A DNA stretch of 64,000 nt, from the NCBI GenBank assembly GCA_951406725.2, contig OX597814.1:92504001-92568000 (forward strand), given 5' to 3'. Positions 40,776 to 53,512 of this stretch are shown one piece after another. A model generated the notes under the pieces. That model saw nothing but the letters and a program-made list of their open reading frames with translations. It had not been told where the DNA came from and searched no databases. Position 1 is the stretch's first letter. Each line of letters opens with the position of its first letter. Source of the DNA: Octopus vulgaris (Eukaryota). The position numbers and the translations under genes are program-made.

Positions 40776-41202
40776 ATAACGAAATTTAAATTTTCTAAAG
40801 GTTAGTTGCCGTTTTCAGTTTCAATTCTCCTGTAGCAAGCGGATTATAAGTGGATAAATCAGTGTATTGCTTTAGAATAACCCTCTTTAGCCCTTAATTA
40901 TATGATGTTTATACTTCAACCGTAACGGTTTTTTAAATATACTGCCCACGCTTCCTGATGGATTCCTTTTCTGTAGAGAAAGGAACTTCATCCTATATTG
41001 TTAGTAGTAAACTCGCTGCTTGCTACGGGAGGACCGGTAACCATTACAATTTGTAGCGGCGAAAGATCAAGACGTTGTTTCTGAGGCTGACCAAAGAATT
41101 TTTATTTTTAGATATAAGTGATATACTCAAGTGTAGTTATGTTTTTAGCTTGTGCTTTTTCCATGGTCATACGTGAGTATTTTATTTATATCCCATCGAA
41201 AG

Positions 41203-41263
41203 CTCTACTGAAGAAAGAATATATCTTTTATAAGATTAATTCCGAAATTGATTCAATATAGAG
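41203..41263 (+). ncRNA. Type I hammerhead ribozyme, tandem copy 2
   Basis: Same motif 488 nt downstream; cut after 41258. Confidence 0.8.
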
Positions 41264-41392
41264 ATAACGAAATTAAAATTTTCTAAAGGTTAGTTGCCCG
41301 TTTTCAGTTTCAATTCTCCTGTAGCAAGCGGATTATAATTGGATAAATCAGTGTATTGGCTTTAGAATAACCCTCTTTAGCCCTTAATTATA

Positions 41393-41438
<46 letters not shown>

Positions 41439-41569
41439 TATATATGTGTGTGTGTGTGTTATATTATATATATGTTATATATATATATATATCTGTAAAT
41501 ATAAATTTGACATGGGTGATTCTTTCTTGTGTTGGGAGTCACGGTCAAACGGCTGGGTGGATACTATGC

Positions 41570-42718
41570 CTACGCAGACTTATTGAAGAATCAAAAGCAT
41601 TTAACCGCGATCTTGCAATGGTATTTGTAGACTTTTCTAAAGCATTCAATTCTGTAGATAGGTACAAGATGTTTGAAATCCTTAAGCTCTTTGGGATACC
41701 AGACAAAATCATTTCTGTCATCAAGGTCCTCTACACAGATTACGTCTTCAACCATCTTAACCCCTGACGGAGAAACATCATCTTTCTCAATCAAAGCCGG
41801 AATACTGCAGGGAGACACACTCGTCCCATTTCTTTTCATCATTGTTGTTGATTATATGCTACGTATGTCAGTTGATACCATCTCTGGCAAGGGCTTTGAA
41901 ATAAAACCAAGAAGAAGTTCCAGACACCCAGCTGAGTACTTGACAGACACTGACTTTGCTGACGACATCGCTCTTATCAGTGATTCTCTCTCCAATGCCC
42001 AGTCTCTTTTACAATCTCTTGAACAAGCCTCAAATTGTGTAGGTCTTTACCTCAATGAGGCCAAGACTGAATACATAAACAAGTGCCTGTCCAAGAGTGA
42101 TTGCATCATCCATACTCTCAACAATGCGCCCTTAAATATGGTTTCTGATTACAAATATCTTGAGTCATACATATCATCATCTGGAAAAGACTTTCTTACT
42201 AGAAAGGGTATGGCCTGGTCAGCCTGTAATGACATGCATAAGATCTGCTCATCAAATCTAAGTAGAGCCTTCAAACTTGAAATCTTCAAAGCCACAGTCG
42301 AAACAATTCTACTATATGGCTCAGAAACCTGGACGTTATCAAAGAAGCTTGAGAGGCGGTTGGATGGAACCTACACTCGCCTCCTTATGAGAGCTCAAAA
42401 TCTCTCGTGGAAGCGCCATCCAACCAAAATGCAAATATATGGGAAACTACCACCTGTGTCATCTCTTGTGAAAAGTAAGAGAGTCCAGTTTGCTGGACAT
42501 TGTTGTAGAGCTGAAAAAGAGGTAATTTCTACTCTTCTCCTCTGGAAGCCATCTACTCGCAATACCAGAGGGCACACACTCTCCTACCCTGATGTAATCT
42601 CCAGGGATACAGGCATCCAGCAACAGGACCTCCATAATGCCATGATGGACCGTGAAATCTGGCGTAGCATGGTAAATTCCATTGTCTCGACCACGGTCGA
42701 ACAGTGATGATGATGATG
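41570..42718 (+). mobile_element. 5'-truncated RTE/RTE-X LINE, RT ORF nearly intact (one frameshift near 41740), (TGA)n tail
   Basis: FVDFSKAFNSV, GILQGDTLVPFLF, TDTDFADDIAL, LLYGSETWTL, RLDGTYTRLL; stop at 42707 followed by TGATGATGA. Confidence 0.92.
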
Positions 42719-43543
42719 GGTGGAATTGTGTGAAAAATAAAACAGATGTGTAGAATGATCCGGTGATGATGCTGGGCTTTGTATTTTTGTCTTGGCACCC
42801 ATGGTTACTAAGATAATCTACAACAATTACACTCTTGTGGTTCTGAATGAGAAAGGAAGGGATGAGATACATGAATAAGGAAGGATGGGGTGATGTCAAA
42901 CTGGATAGTGTGATGCTTAGTGCCTCAATAGGTCTTAATCCATCCCTGCTCCCACTGTATCAGAGTGTGGATTCGATCTTGAAGTCACATGCTTGTGAAA
43001 TGAACTTACAGAAGAATATAATCACAGTCCCGCGGGCTTTCATACAGTGTCAGTTTACTTAATTTCCTTCCAATGTGTCGGAGTGTGGGTTGGATCTTGA
43101 AGCCACATGACTGCAAAATGAACTTCTCAAAACACATGACCATACCTGGATTCCTCTATAAACCAAGACATTTTTCAATTTTGAGATTTTATCATTGCTC
43201 TTACTCATTTGTATTACATTGTTACTACTTTCAGGTTTCTGCATTTTTATTCATCATGCTTCTTCATCATCTTTATGAGTTGTAACTGATCTCACTATAG
43301 TAATAACATATTACATAGCTTCATTTTATTTATTTTCTTGTTTCAGTCATTAGACTACTACGGTCATGTTGGAACACCATCTTGAAGAATTTTAATTGAC
43401 TGAATCGACCCCAGTATCTATTTTTTAAAGCCTGGTACTTATTCTATCAAGCTCTTTTGCTGAACCATTAAGTTATAGGGACATAAACCGGTTGTCAAGC
43501 ATTAGTGGAAGAGCAACACACACACTTGTACATACATATATAT

Positions 43544-43850
43544 ATAAAATTAGAAAAAAAACCACCTTTTATCAATTCATAATAAACTATTAAATTACAC
43601 CATCTAGAAAATTACATATAATAGAAATATTAAAATCAAAATAACAATAAAATACCAATGATTAAGTAAATTGCAAAAAAAATAATTACCTATATAATTA
43701 TGATTTTTTGTTTTTTTTGCAATATACTTAATCATTAGTATTTTATTGTTATTTTGATTTTAATATTTCTATTATATGTAATTTTCTAGATGGTGTAATT
43801 TAATAGTTTATTTTGAATTGATAAAAGGTGGTTTTTTTCTAATTTTTTAT
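43544..43850. repeat. AT-rich fold-back inverted repeat (~140-bp arms) inserted in the (TA)n of a SINE
   Basis: AAAATTAGAAAAAAAACCACCTTTTATCAATTC.. versus ..GAATTGATAAAAGGTGGTTTTTTTCTAATTTT. Confidence 0.88.
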
Positions 43851-44409
43851 AAGTATATTATATTGTGTGAAATTTGATTTAGTATTTCTAAATTGAATTT
43901 TTTTCCCTGTAAGTTTGGATTAATATTCCCTCAAATAATTATTATATATATATATATATTTATTATGACCGGCTTCTTTTAGTTTTCATCTACAAAATCC
44001 ACTCACAAGCCTTTGATTAGAAGACACTGGCACAGAATGCCACATAGTGGGACTGAAACTGGAACAATGTGGTTGGGAAGCAAACTTCTTATGAAACAGC
44101 AATGCCTTGCCTATATCTTTCAACAAATTGTGAAAATATCCAAGAATCTGGGAGGTTTAGAAAAGTACATAAATGCTTCATTGTTAAGCTAATAATGCTT
44201 AAGACATGCACAGCCTTTTTCAAGAAGCTGGCAGCATATGACACGGCTCAGGCATGCCATTCAGAAAGGCCTGTGGACCACATTTTGCCCATGACTGGTT
44301 TAGATTCAAACTTACAAGGTTCCTACAAATTACAGTGATTCCTTGCTACTTCACAGTTCAACTATCGCGGATTCATGGCCTCGGGGATTTTAAATATATA
44401 TATATATAT

Positions 44410-44836
44410 GAGAATCGAAATCAATCAACATCAATGGAAATTGCAGCTGAGATACCAGTGCCGGTGGTACGTAAGAGAACCATCCGAACGTGGCCATTGC
44501 CAGCGCCGCCCTGACTGGCTTCGTGCCGGTGGCACATAAAAAGCACCATCCGTTCGTGGTCGTTGCCAGCCTTGCCTGGCCCCCGTGCTGGTAGCACGTA
44601 AAAAGCACCATCCGATCATGGCCGTTTGCTAGAATCGTCTGGCACCTGTGCCGGTGTCACGTATAAAGCACCCACTACACTCACAGAGTGGTTGGCGTTA
44701 GGAAGGGCATCCAGCCATAGAAACATTGCCAGATCAGATTGGGCCTGGTGCAGCCTTCTGGCTTTTCAGACCCCAGTTGAATCGCCCAACCCATGCTAGC
44801 ATGGAAAGCAGACACTAAACGATGATGATGATGATG
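44410..44836 (+). mobile_element. SINE/RTE-tail-type repeat with internal ~60-bp tandem units and (GAT)n tail; minus-strand relatives at about 54495-54740 and 58295-58480
   Basis: GCCGGTGGCACGTAAAAAGCACC-like unit repeated 4x; 3' GGTTGGCGTTAGGAAGGGCATCCAGCC..GATGATGATG. Confidence 0.7.
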
Positions 44837-44989
44837 AACATCTAAATTTTTTCATTAAATCCATAAAAATAATAAATATTATTTCCTAGTCCAGGAACAA
44901 CAAAACAAGCGCAAAATAGCAAAAAAGCATATACAGGGGTATTTGAACTTTAGACGGGCTGTGATTGGTGCAATGGAGAGAGACAATGA

Positions 44990-45478
44990 ATCCCGAGGTG
45001 CAATGGAGAGAGTCATGAATCCCTAAAAGATGCTCTTTGAACGGAAAAGAAGCAGCAGCAGCAACTTCCTATCACAATGTTTTTGCAGCCTCGCAAAAAA
45101 GAGACAGTTCCTGCTGATACTACTACGGTTGCACCTTCAGGAAAGAAGTATCCCAGGAAAGGGCACTGCTGTCAGCTTCATCATCATCATTTCTACTGTG
45201 CAGCAAATTCATCATCATTCAAATTTTACTTCAACTTCTTTCGTGTTGAGTACAATAACAATCTATTTTTTAAATCTAAAGTGTCATTGCTTAACAGTTG
45301 TCCTTGTTATTAATAGACTACTGTAATGGGTAGGTTTTTAACAGTACAGGGAGGGTTTTAAAAGTCCAAATACACGTTAAATAAATACTGTATGTATGGT
45401 GTCCCTACTTCGCGAAAATTCAGTTATCACGGCCGGTCTTGGAACCAATCTACCGCGATAAACGAGGTATCGCTGTAT
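44990..45478 (+). mobile_element. Tigger/pogo-like 3' fragment
   Basis: Frameshifted C-terminal-like coding remnant (LFERK..QQQQLPITMFLQPRKK) and terminus CCGCGATAAACGAGGTATCGCTG-TA. Confidence 0.55.
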
Positions 45479-48400
45479 AATGGCCAGCAATTCGTGGGGT
45501 GGGGGTGGATAAGTCGATTACATCGACCCTGGTGTTCAGCTGGCACTTATTTTATCGATCCCGAAAGGATGAAAAGGTAATGTCGACCTCGGCGAAATTT
45601 GGACTCAGAATGTAAAATCGGACGAAACGTCACAAAGCATTTTGTCCGGCATTGTCCCAAGTCTGCTCGTTCGCCGCCTTAATTTGAAGCCAATATTAAC
45701 TAAGTACTTTCATGCAGATAGCATTTCTGACTAATTCAGCATTGCTAAGATCTAAGGGAAATAACTCGTGGAAGTTTTACTGCTAATACCACCAAATACG
45801 CATTCAAATTGAAACTGAAGAAAATTTATTTGAAAACTAAGGGCAATTATCAAAGGAATTTTTGAATAAAATCGAATTATTATATTGTAAATGTATACAT
45901 AAAAATTCAAGGATGTTTTTGTTTGTTTTTCATTCATTCATTTGGTTAGCAGATTAATAACGAAGAAGCGCCTCTATTTCTTTATAAAAAGGGAATTTTT
46001 TTATCAGAATCAACATACGACAGCTGTTGAGACTCAATGAATATTGAAGAACAAGACAAAACGGCAAACGTTTTTGATATTAACATTTAATACTTGGAAC
46101 ATTACATATAATCAAAATGGCAAAATAGAAATGCAAGAAAATGTTGGCGTTGAAGTTAAAATATGAAATATGAATTAACCATTTCTCAAATATTTCAGCA
46201 GGATGTATTTTCGTTAGCTTTATTTATTTTTTTTTTTTTTTTTTTTTCAAATAATAAAATATAAAATTTAGTAAGGTGTTCTTTTTATTTTCTGAAAATT
46301 TTTTTTTTTTTGTGGAGGAGGGGGAATATGTTTAAAATTTTTTTAAAAGCAATAAAATTCTAATATATTCACATAACATTCATACCATAGTTTCATATTT
46401 TTTTTGCTTAAAATGCATATGGACTGACATTTTTCATTACTACTAAGTGCCAAACATGAGCTACCTCTTCATGCTGAATATCTGTAGTGCCCCACATAAT
46501 GAAATATAGTAGCAATTGTAAACGATGAAAAAAAGGAAAGGGTGAGGTATTGAATTCCAGTTTTTCTCACTTCATATATCATCATTCCTCTCTGACAAGT
46601 TGTATAGTATTTTTTTAATGGTTCACTCAAAGAAAGAATCAATGGTCTTTCCTGAATCACATAGACTCATAGGGCTAGTTTCCTAGATTCTATGGCATAC
46701 ATGTTCTTCCCACTGGATGGGATGCCAGTCCATTGCAGGATAACTCGCTTTGCCAGCTGAGTGGATGGAATAATGTGAAATGAAGAATTTTGCTCAAGAA
46801 CAGAATGCATCATCCAATCCATGAATTGAAACCACAATCTTACGATCATAACTGCAACACCCTAACCACTATGCTATGTTCCTCCATATAGAAAGAATAG
46901 GGAAGCCTTTTCCCTAGCCAGCCCTCCTGGACTTGTACTGAAAGAGTGAAAGAGAAGAGGAAACCATGCATGTTAAAACGAGAAACCTGGATCTAGTGAA
47001 GATGCAAGTAAATTCGAGGAATACCAAAAAAAAAAAAAAAAAAAAAGAAAGAAAAAGACAACCTACAACAGGAACAATTTTCTTTTAAGTCTGGAAAGTC
47101 TAAAACAAAAAGAATTCTTTTTTTAACAATTATGGAGTTCCTCTGACAATAACCTGAACTGAAAATTTTAGTAAAGGTTATAACCAATGAGTAGATAGAC
47201 ATACTGATAGATATCTAGTTTCTCAGGATTTAAAGATTCAATTGTGATAATATGTACCATTAAGATAATGGTGCTCATAGAATTCCTTATACCCAATTCC
47301 CTTACCAAATGAATTTTAACTAAGAAATAAATTCTTCTCAAATCAAATCGAAGGTTAATCTGGTTCCATAAAAGTTGAAAGAAAATATTCCACCAAAAGA
47401 TGAAGCAATGAGTCTGGCAGTTTTACAATTTGGTGTCAAAAATATTCTGCAACTGCTAAGAGCAGTTGGTAATAGTTTACTACCCCATAGATTTCCAGTT
47501 TCCTACTTTCCGTTACTTTACTGCATGTGTAGAAAGGGAATGTGAATCCCCACCTGACTTTTAGCTATCACAATGATGAATCTTTCAAATACTTATACAC
47601 CTCTCTGTCAGCATGGGCAAATCAAATACTATACCGCAGATGTCATGACCCAGCTAACCAAATTTTGGAGCACAGGAGTATAAGTCAATTTATATTACAG
47701 GCTCTCAAGAGAATGAAAGGCAAAGTGAGCAATCAATCTCAGTTGGATTTAAACTTGGGACCAAATAGAGACAAAGCTTTAATATTGTTTTTAAATTTTG
47801 GCACAAGGCCAACAATTTCAGGGAAGGAGCTAAGTAAATTACATTAACCCCAGTGCTCAGTTGGTATTTATTTCATTGACCCCAAATTAATGAATGACAA
47901 AGTCAATCCTATTGCCATTTGAACTCTTAGCATAAAAACAGACAAAATGCTGATAAACATTTTGTCCCGCAAGCTAATGACTCTGCCAGCTCACTAACTT
48001 ACAATGTTCTAATACTGATTTCAAATGTTGGCACAAGGCCAGCAATTTCAAGGGAGGAGTAAGTTGATTACATCAACCCCATTATTCAACTGGTACTTAT
48101 TTTATTGACCCTGAAAAGAGAAAAGGCAAATTTGACCTTGGTAGAAATTGAACTCAGAACGTAAAGATAGATGAAATGCTACAAAGCATTTTGCTTGGCA
48201 TGTTAACGATTCTGCCAGCTCACTGCCTTCCAATGCTCTAATATAGCAATGCATTTAATGTAATATTCTACAAGTCCATACATTACTGTAACATATTAAT
48301 TGGTGAATAATCAAGAAACAGATATTGTGAATCAGACAAAGGTAAATGTAATGGAAGCCAGTTATGAGCAACAAAATATTTTTTTTAAAAAGTATCCCCA

Positions 48401-51308
48401 ACTCCAAGTTAAAACTGAAGGATAACAGATAAGTAATGCATACAATTATGATGTGGAATATGCTTTCAGGGATAGTAACAATGATTGAAAGCAAGAATGG
48501 AATCAAATAGTTCTTAGCCATTACTTACTCAGATCCACTGAAATCACTTTTAAAACAAAGATAGTATACTTGATAACATGATGGTGATGGTAACAAGAAT
48601 TTAGCGTTTTGGCCACAGACACAGAGTTATTAACAGAACATGAACCATTGACCTTTAAGCCAATAGGTCTGACATGCAACAGACTAAGGGAGAGGAGGGG
48701 GTAGCTAAATTGTCTGTCTAGATTACTGGTTAATGTTGAGGTGTTATTGTTAGGTTGCCATTCCTTCCCTATCTCTCTCCCATTACTCAGTATATTCCCA
48801 ATTGCTATTATCAATTCACTGGAAGCTAATTTACACCTTTTTACTTTCCCTACACAGTAAGTTGTCCCCCAACATCCATCATGGTTCAGTTACAAGATAT
48901 CTATTGTCTACCCTCCCTTCCTACCAGTTTGTATTAATATCTCAACTCCTCTCATACCTATTTGTCACTAAATGCCTCCTTCCTCTCTCTTTCTACCATT
49001 CATGTTGGGTCTCTTACTCTTCCTTTTTTTCATTTTCAATCACTTTACTCCCATCTCTCTCTCTCTCTATCCCACTTCCTCTTCCTCCTAATAAGATTGG
49101 TCCATCTCACCTTTACAGAAAAACCTGACATTTGATCCTAAGCAATTTATTTTCTTAAAATTGAAGGTCAGGTCAAATGGCAGCTTTAAAACATCAACTT
49201 CCACATAACTAATTGTCTTATCTCTGTTTCTCTCATGTACATTGTCTCCCTACGTGGTGAGTGGTGACAAGGAACAGCAGGAAAGACTGTGAAAGACAGG
49301 TTGAAAATAATTAAGATAGGCAGATAGTTCAATAACTAAACATCAGACATAGAGACTTTGAGACTAGGCAGACCTTTACACAAGTGCACAGCTAGGCAGA
49401 CTTTTAGACAAGCACTAGATTGTGTGGATAGATGAATTATTAACTGCAGTTATTAACATGCAGACTTGCTAATTGTCATACTTCACTGCCCAGTGTCAGA
49501 TTATTGAGGAGGAAAGGGAGTGTAACCCTCTAGTCTCAAGGGAAAACAAAAATGCAGTTAATAGCTTTTTCTAAATTAGGTACATCATTTAATCACTGTA
49601 TTACATGCTTGCATGGGTTGGACAAAGGCCAGCAATTTTGAGGGAAGGGTATCAATTACATCAATCCTAACACTTGACCGACACTTTATTTCAATTGCAA
49701 AGAAATGGAAGCCAAAACTGACCTCAGATTCGAGCTCAGACCATAAAGGACTGGACCATATTTGATAAGGCATTTTCCCCACTGACACTAATAATTCTGT
49801 GAATCCTTCACCCTCTTAATATATTACTGTACCTCTTGTTGTTTTGTTTCATTGATGTTTGTGATATTTTCAGTAATTTTCTTTTGTACCTTATGATTTT
49901 TTTAATGAAATGATGATGGTAATTTAGGGGAAAAAAATTCAATAGAAAAGCCACAACTGGACAAAGCACCCATGTGGTTGCTCAACCTGCTAGAAATATC
50001 AGTCAAATTTATCTCAAAAGCAAGTCACAATAGACAAACTAATCCTTGATCTACAAAAAGATAAGACAGTCATTGATAGAATACCTTTGATCATGGATCA
50101 TGGATCTAATTTATTATGGTTAACTTGGGCTTAAACTTTAGTGGCTTAACCTGGAGCAAATAAAGGTGAAATTAACAAACAAGCCTAGGAAGAAGAGGAA
50201 AAACATTCTCTCCATCGGAAGCATTTTGGTAATAAGAGAAAATGGGAATTCTTCATAATGCTCCTTTTTATTTTATTTATATGGATAATATGAAGTAGTG
50301 CCATAAGCTTTCCTGGGACAGCAAGAATGGAGAGGAGAGGAAAGGAGCAGAAACCACAACTTATCAGACAATCCATCAATAGGTTTCAACACAGTTTATT
50401 CTACCCAAGTTAATTTACATGACTTGGATTAAGCTGAGAATGTGATAGAAGATATTTACTCAGGATGCTGTGCAGCTGGACTAAATATAGAATATCAAGT
50501 GACCATGAAGCAAAGATAACCACATAGTCATGCCTGCACCTACAAGAGATATAAAGGAGCTAACTCACCCACACATTCAGTCACATTTAAAAATGAAACA
50601 AGCCAACAGAATTGTTTTGTGACGTTATTGAAAAACATGCTATAACAGTCCCAACTTTGATTTCCATACAACAATAAACATCCAGGCAGTAAGTCAGTTG
50701 GTACTTTCACCATTAAATCAACAACACCTCTTCAATAAAATACAATTCTCTCTTGTTGGAAGATGATTTTTTTGTTCCCCAGTTATAATCATATTATGAC
50801 AACAGTTATTAATAGCAATTATAAAAATAGCAGTTTATGATAATGAAAATAAAATTCTTAAAAATGATATTCCATGAATTCTTTTGAGGAAGGGGGTTGC
50901 TTTTTTTTACTTTTTTATTTTTTTTTTACTTTTTTATTTCTTTTTACTTTTACTTTTTTGTTAAGGCACAAAATTCTGTTGACAATCCAAATACAATGAA
51001 AAAATATGCAAGAAGCTAAAATATGTAATTTATTAATAATAAAAAATATAATAATTAAAATAATACTAACAATACCAAAAATAAATATCTTAAACATTGG
51101 CAAAAGGCCATAACTTTTGAGAGCAGAAACAGCTGATTAAATTGGCCTCAGTACTTATTTTATTGAATTTGGAAGGTTGAAAGGAAGCTTAGGTTTTAAC
51201 TCAGTAAGTAAGGGGCAATAACAAAATTTAACAAAGCATGTTGCTCAATGCTTTAGTAATTCTCACAATCTAATGCCCTCATAACAACAAAAATAATGGC
51301 AGTCACAC

Positions 51309-51344
<36 letters not shown>

Positions 51345-51575
51345 TAATAATAATCCTTTCTACTGCAGGCACAAAGCCTGAAATTTTTGGTGGGGGTGGT
51401 GTTAGTTGATTATATCAACCCCAGTACTCAACTGATACTTATTTCACTGACCTCAAAAGGATGAAAGGCAAAGTCAGCCTCAGCATCATTTGAACTCAGA
51501 ACATAATCAAAATGCTTATTGGCATTTTGTACAGTGTGCTAATGATTCTGCCAGCTCGCCACTCTTTGTAACCTA

Positions 51576-51630
<55 letters not shown>

Positions 51631-52577
51631 TAATAAAATTTTTTCCATCAGTAATAATGATTTCTAACTTAGGTACAAAACCTTAAAATTTTGTGGAGAA
51701 AGAATAACTGGTTCTTATTTTGTCAACTATCTAGAATGTAAAAGATGAAGTCAGAATTGGCAAGATTTGAAGAAGTCAGAATGTTAAGAGATGTAGCTCA
51801 ATACTGGAATGTATTTTGCCTGGTGTTCTGGTATTACCTGTCATCTACCACCCTTTTCATAGCAAGAATAAACATAACAATAATAATACTAATTCTTTCT
51901 AGAATAAGTACAAGACCTAAAATTTTGGGGGCAGAGAGGAATACTAGCCAATTATATCGACCCTCGTACTCAACTGGTACTTATTTTATCAACACCGAAA
52001 GGATGAAAGGCAAAGTCAGCCTCAGCAGAATTTGAACTCAGAACATGAAGATAGACAAAATGCCACAAAATATTTTGATCAGTACACAAGCAATTCTGCT
52101 ACCTTGCTACCATAATAATCCTTTCTACAATAGGCACAAAACCTGAAATTTGCACAGAGAGAATTAGTTGATTACATCAACTCCAGTGCATGACTGGTAC
52201 TTATTTCATCAACTCTGAAAGGATGAAAGGCTAAGTTGACCTCAGCGGAATTTAAACTCAGAATGTAAAGACAGACGAAATGCTGCTAAACATCGTGCCC
52301 AGCATGCTAACAATTCTGCCCTTGCTACCATAATAATAATAATTGTATCTAATATATAAAACAAGGTCTAAAATTTTGAGAGAAGAGATATAGTTGAATA
52401 GATCAAACCTCATTATTTGACTGATACTTATTTTATCTACAAAAGCTAAAGACAACACCTGTAGGATTTTGAACTCAGAAAGTAAAAGAGCAAACAAAAT
52501 ACTGCAAAGTATTTTTTCTGACTCCCACAATTCTACCAATCTGCCATCCTAATGTAATAGTAATAATAACACTACTA

Positions 52578-52617
<40 letters not shown>

Positions 52618-52650
52618 TCAATAATAATAATATCAACAGTATCTTCAGAA

Positions 52651-52814
52651 TTAACATGGATTTAAATTAGGGTCTGGATAATCATGATAAAGAATGTTAA
52701 TGAGAACAGCGATCATGGTGAATATTACATAAATGACAGCAGTAACCAGTCCAAGAGTCCGTTCCCATGGTAATTCATTGATGTTCTTCATAACTGGAAC
52801 TCCTAATAACAGAC
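52651..52814 (-). CDS. Rhomboid protease terminal coding exon (TM6 end and TM7)
   Basis: CAG acceptor; (G)LLLGVPVMKNINELPWERTLGLVTAVIYVIFTMIAVLINILYHDYPDPNLNPC then TAA at 52651-52653; resembles the 6+1 TM C-terminus of secretase-type rhomboids. Confidence 0.92.
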
Positions 52815-53189
52815 CTGTGGAGAAAAAAAAAAAAAGAATGATGTAAATAGTAACATTGTATTTATCAGAATGTCAGTTCCCAACAAAAGGATCAGAATCT
52901 CTGGCCCAGTTGCGATTTGTGGTTGTAACCATTAAGCTTGGAATATTTAAGTTATCAATTTGCAAATAAATACTGCCCCAGGAGGGAGACCATCATTTTG
53001 ATCAAAGTTGAAGAAAATCCTTGTTCACTGGAACATCAACTGCTCTGTCCATTTTCCACAGATTCAAACTGAGAGCAGACTGGATCTTGTCAAATAATTA
53101 AAGTTCCCAGAGCACATCATACACATGAAACTCCACTCTGACATAGTTATCTTTGCAAATTCTGCTGAATATGTGACCATGTGATATAA

Positions 53190-53512
53190 TAATAATAATG
53201 AAATTATTGTATACAGTGCTCAGGTGCACCACAACTTGTCAGAAAGTGCGTATAAAGTATATGCAGTAATGTACAAATGTCTGGAAAGCGAATAATGTAT
53301 GAGTCAGATACATGCTTGTGTGTGTATGGAGGGGAGAAAATCAGGTGTAGTGTTAGCGAATCTCAGAAAGCATGGAAGTTTTGAAGGATGCAGTGCTCCG
53401 ACAACTAACAACTGATGCTGGCAGTTTGTTCCATGCTTCAGCAACTCTCAGTGTGAAAAAATATTTCCTAAAGTCATGGGAGCTGTGTTGTTTTCTGACT
53501 TTGTAAATATGT
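53190..53512 (-). mobile_element. CR1-type LINE 3' end in rhomboid intron
   Basis: RKYFFTLRVAEAWNKLPASVVSCRSTASFK..* then a short 3' UTR and ATT tail. Confidence 0.8.

Larger units (their letters stand above)
40301..41396. mobile_element. Hammerhead-containing retrozyme/PLE-derived element: inverted partial copy plus about 1.4 tandem copies of a 488-bp monomer, within (TA)n
   Basis: 40301-40609 is the reverse complement of 40701-41006; 40610-40698 is the reverse complement of 41100-41188; 41189-41396 repeats 40701 onward. Confidence 0.85.

Noticed and set aside
44455-44672. Four ~23-bp repeats with ~35-40-bp interspaces, CRISPR-like
   Set aside because: The interspaces resemble each other (ATCCG..TGGCC..TTGCCAG), so these are tandem units of a eukaryotic SINE-like element.
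45950-46275. Possible first exon or promoter at the CpG-decay boundary
   Set aside because: No sustained ORF or recognisable protein motif, and only a weak donor-like site; needs transcript data.
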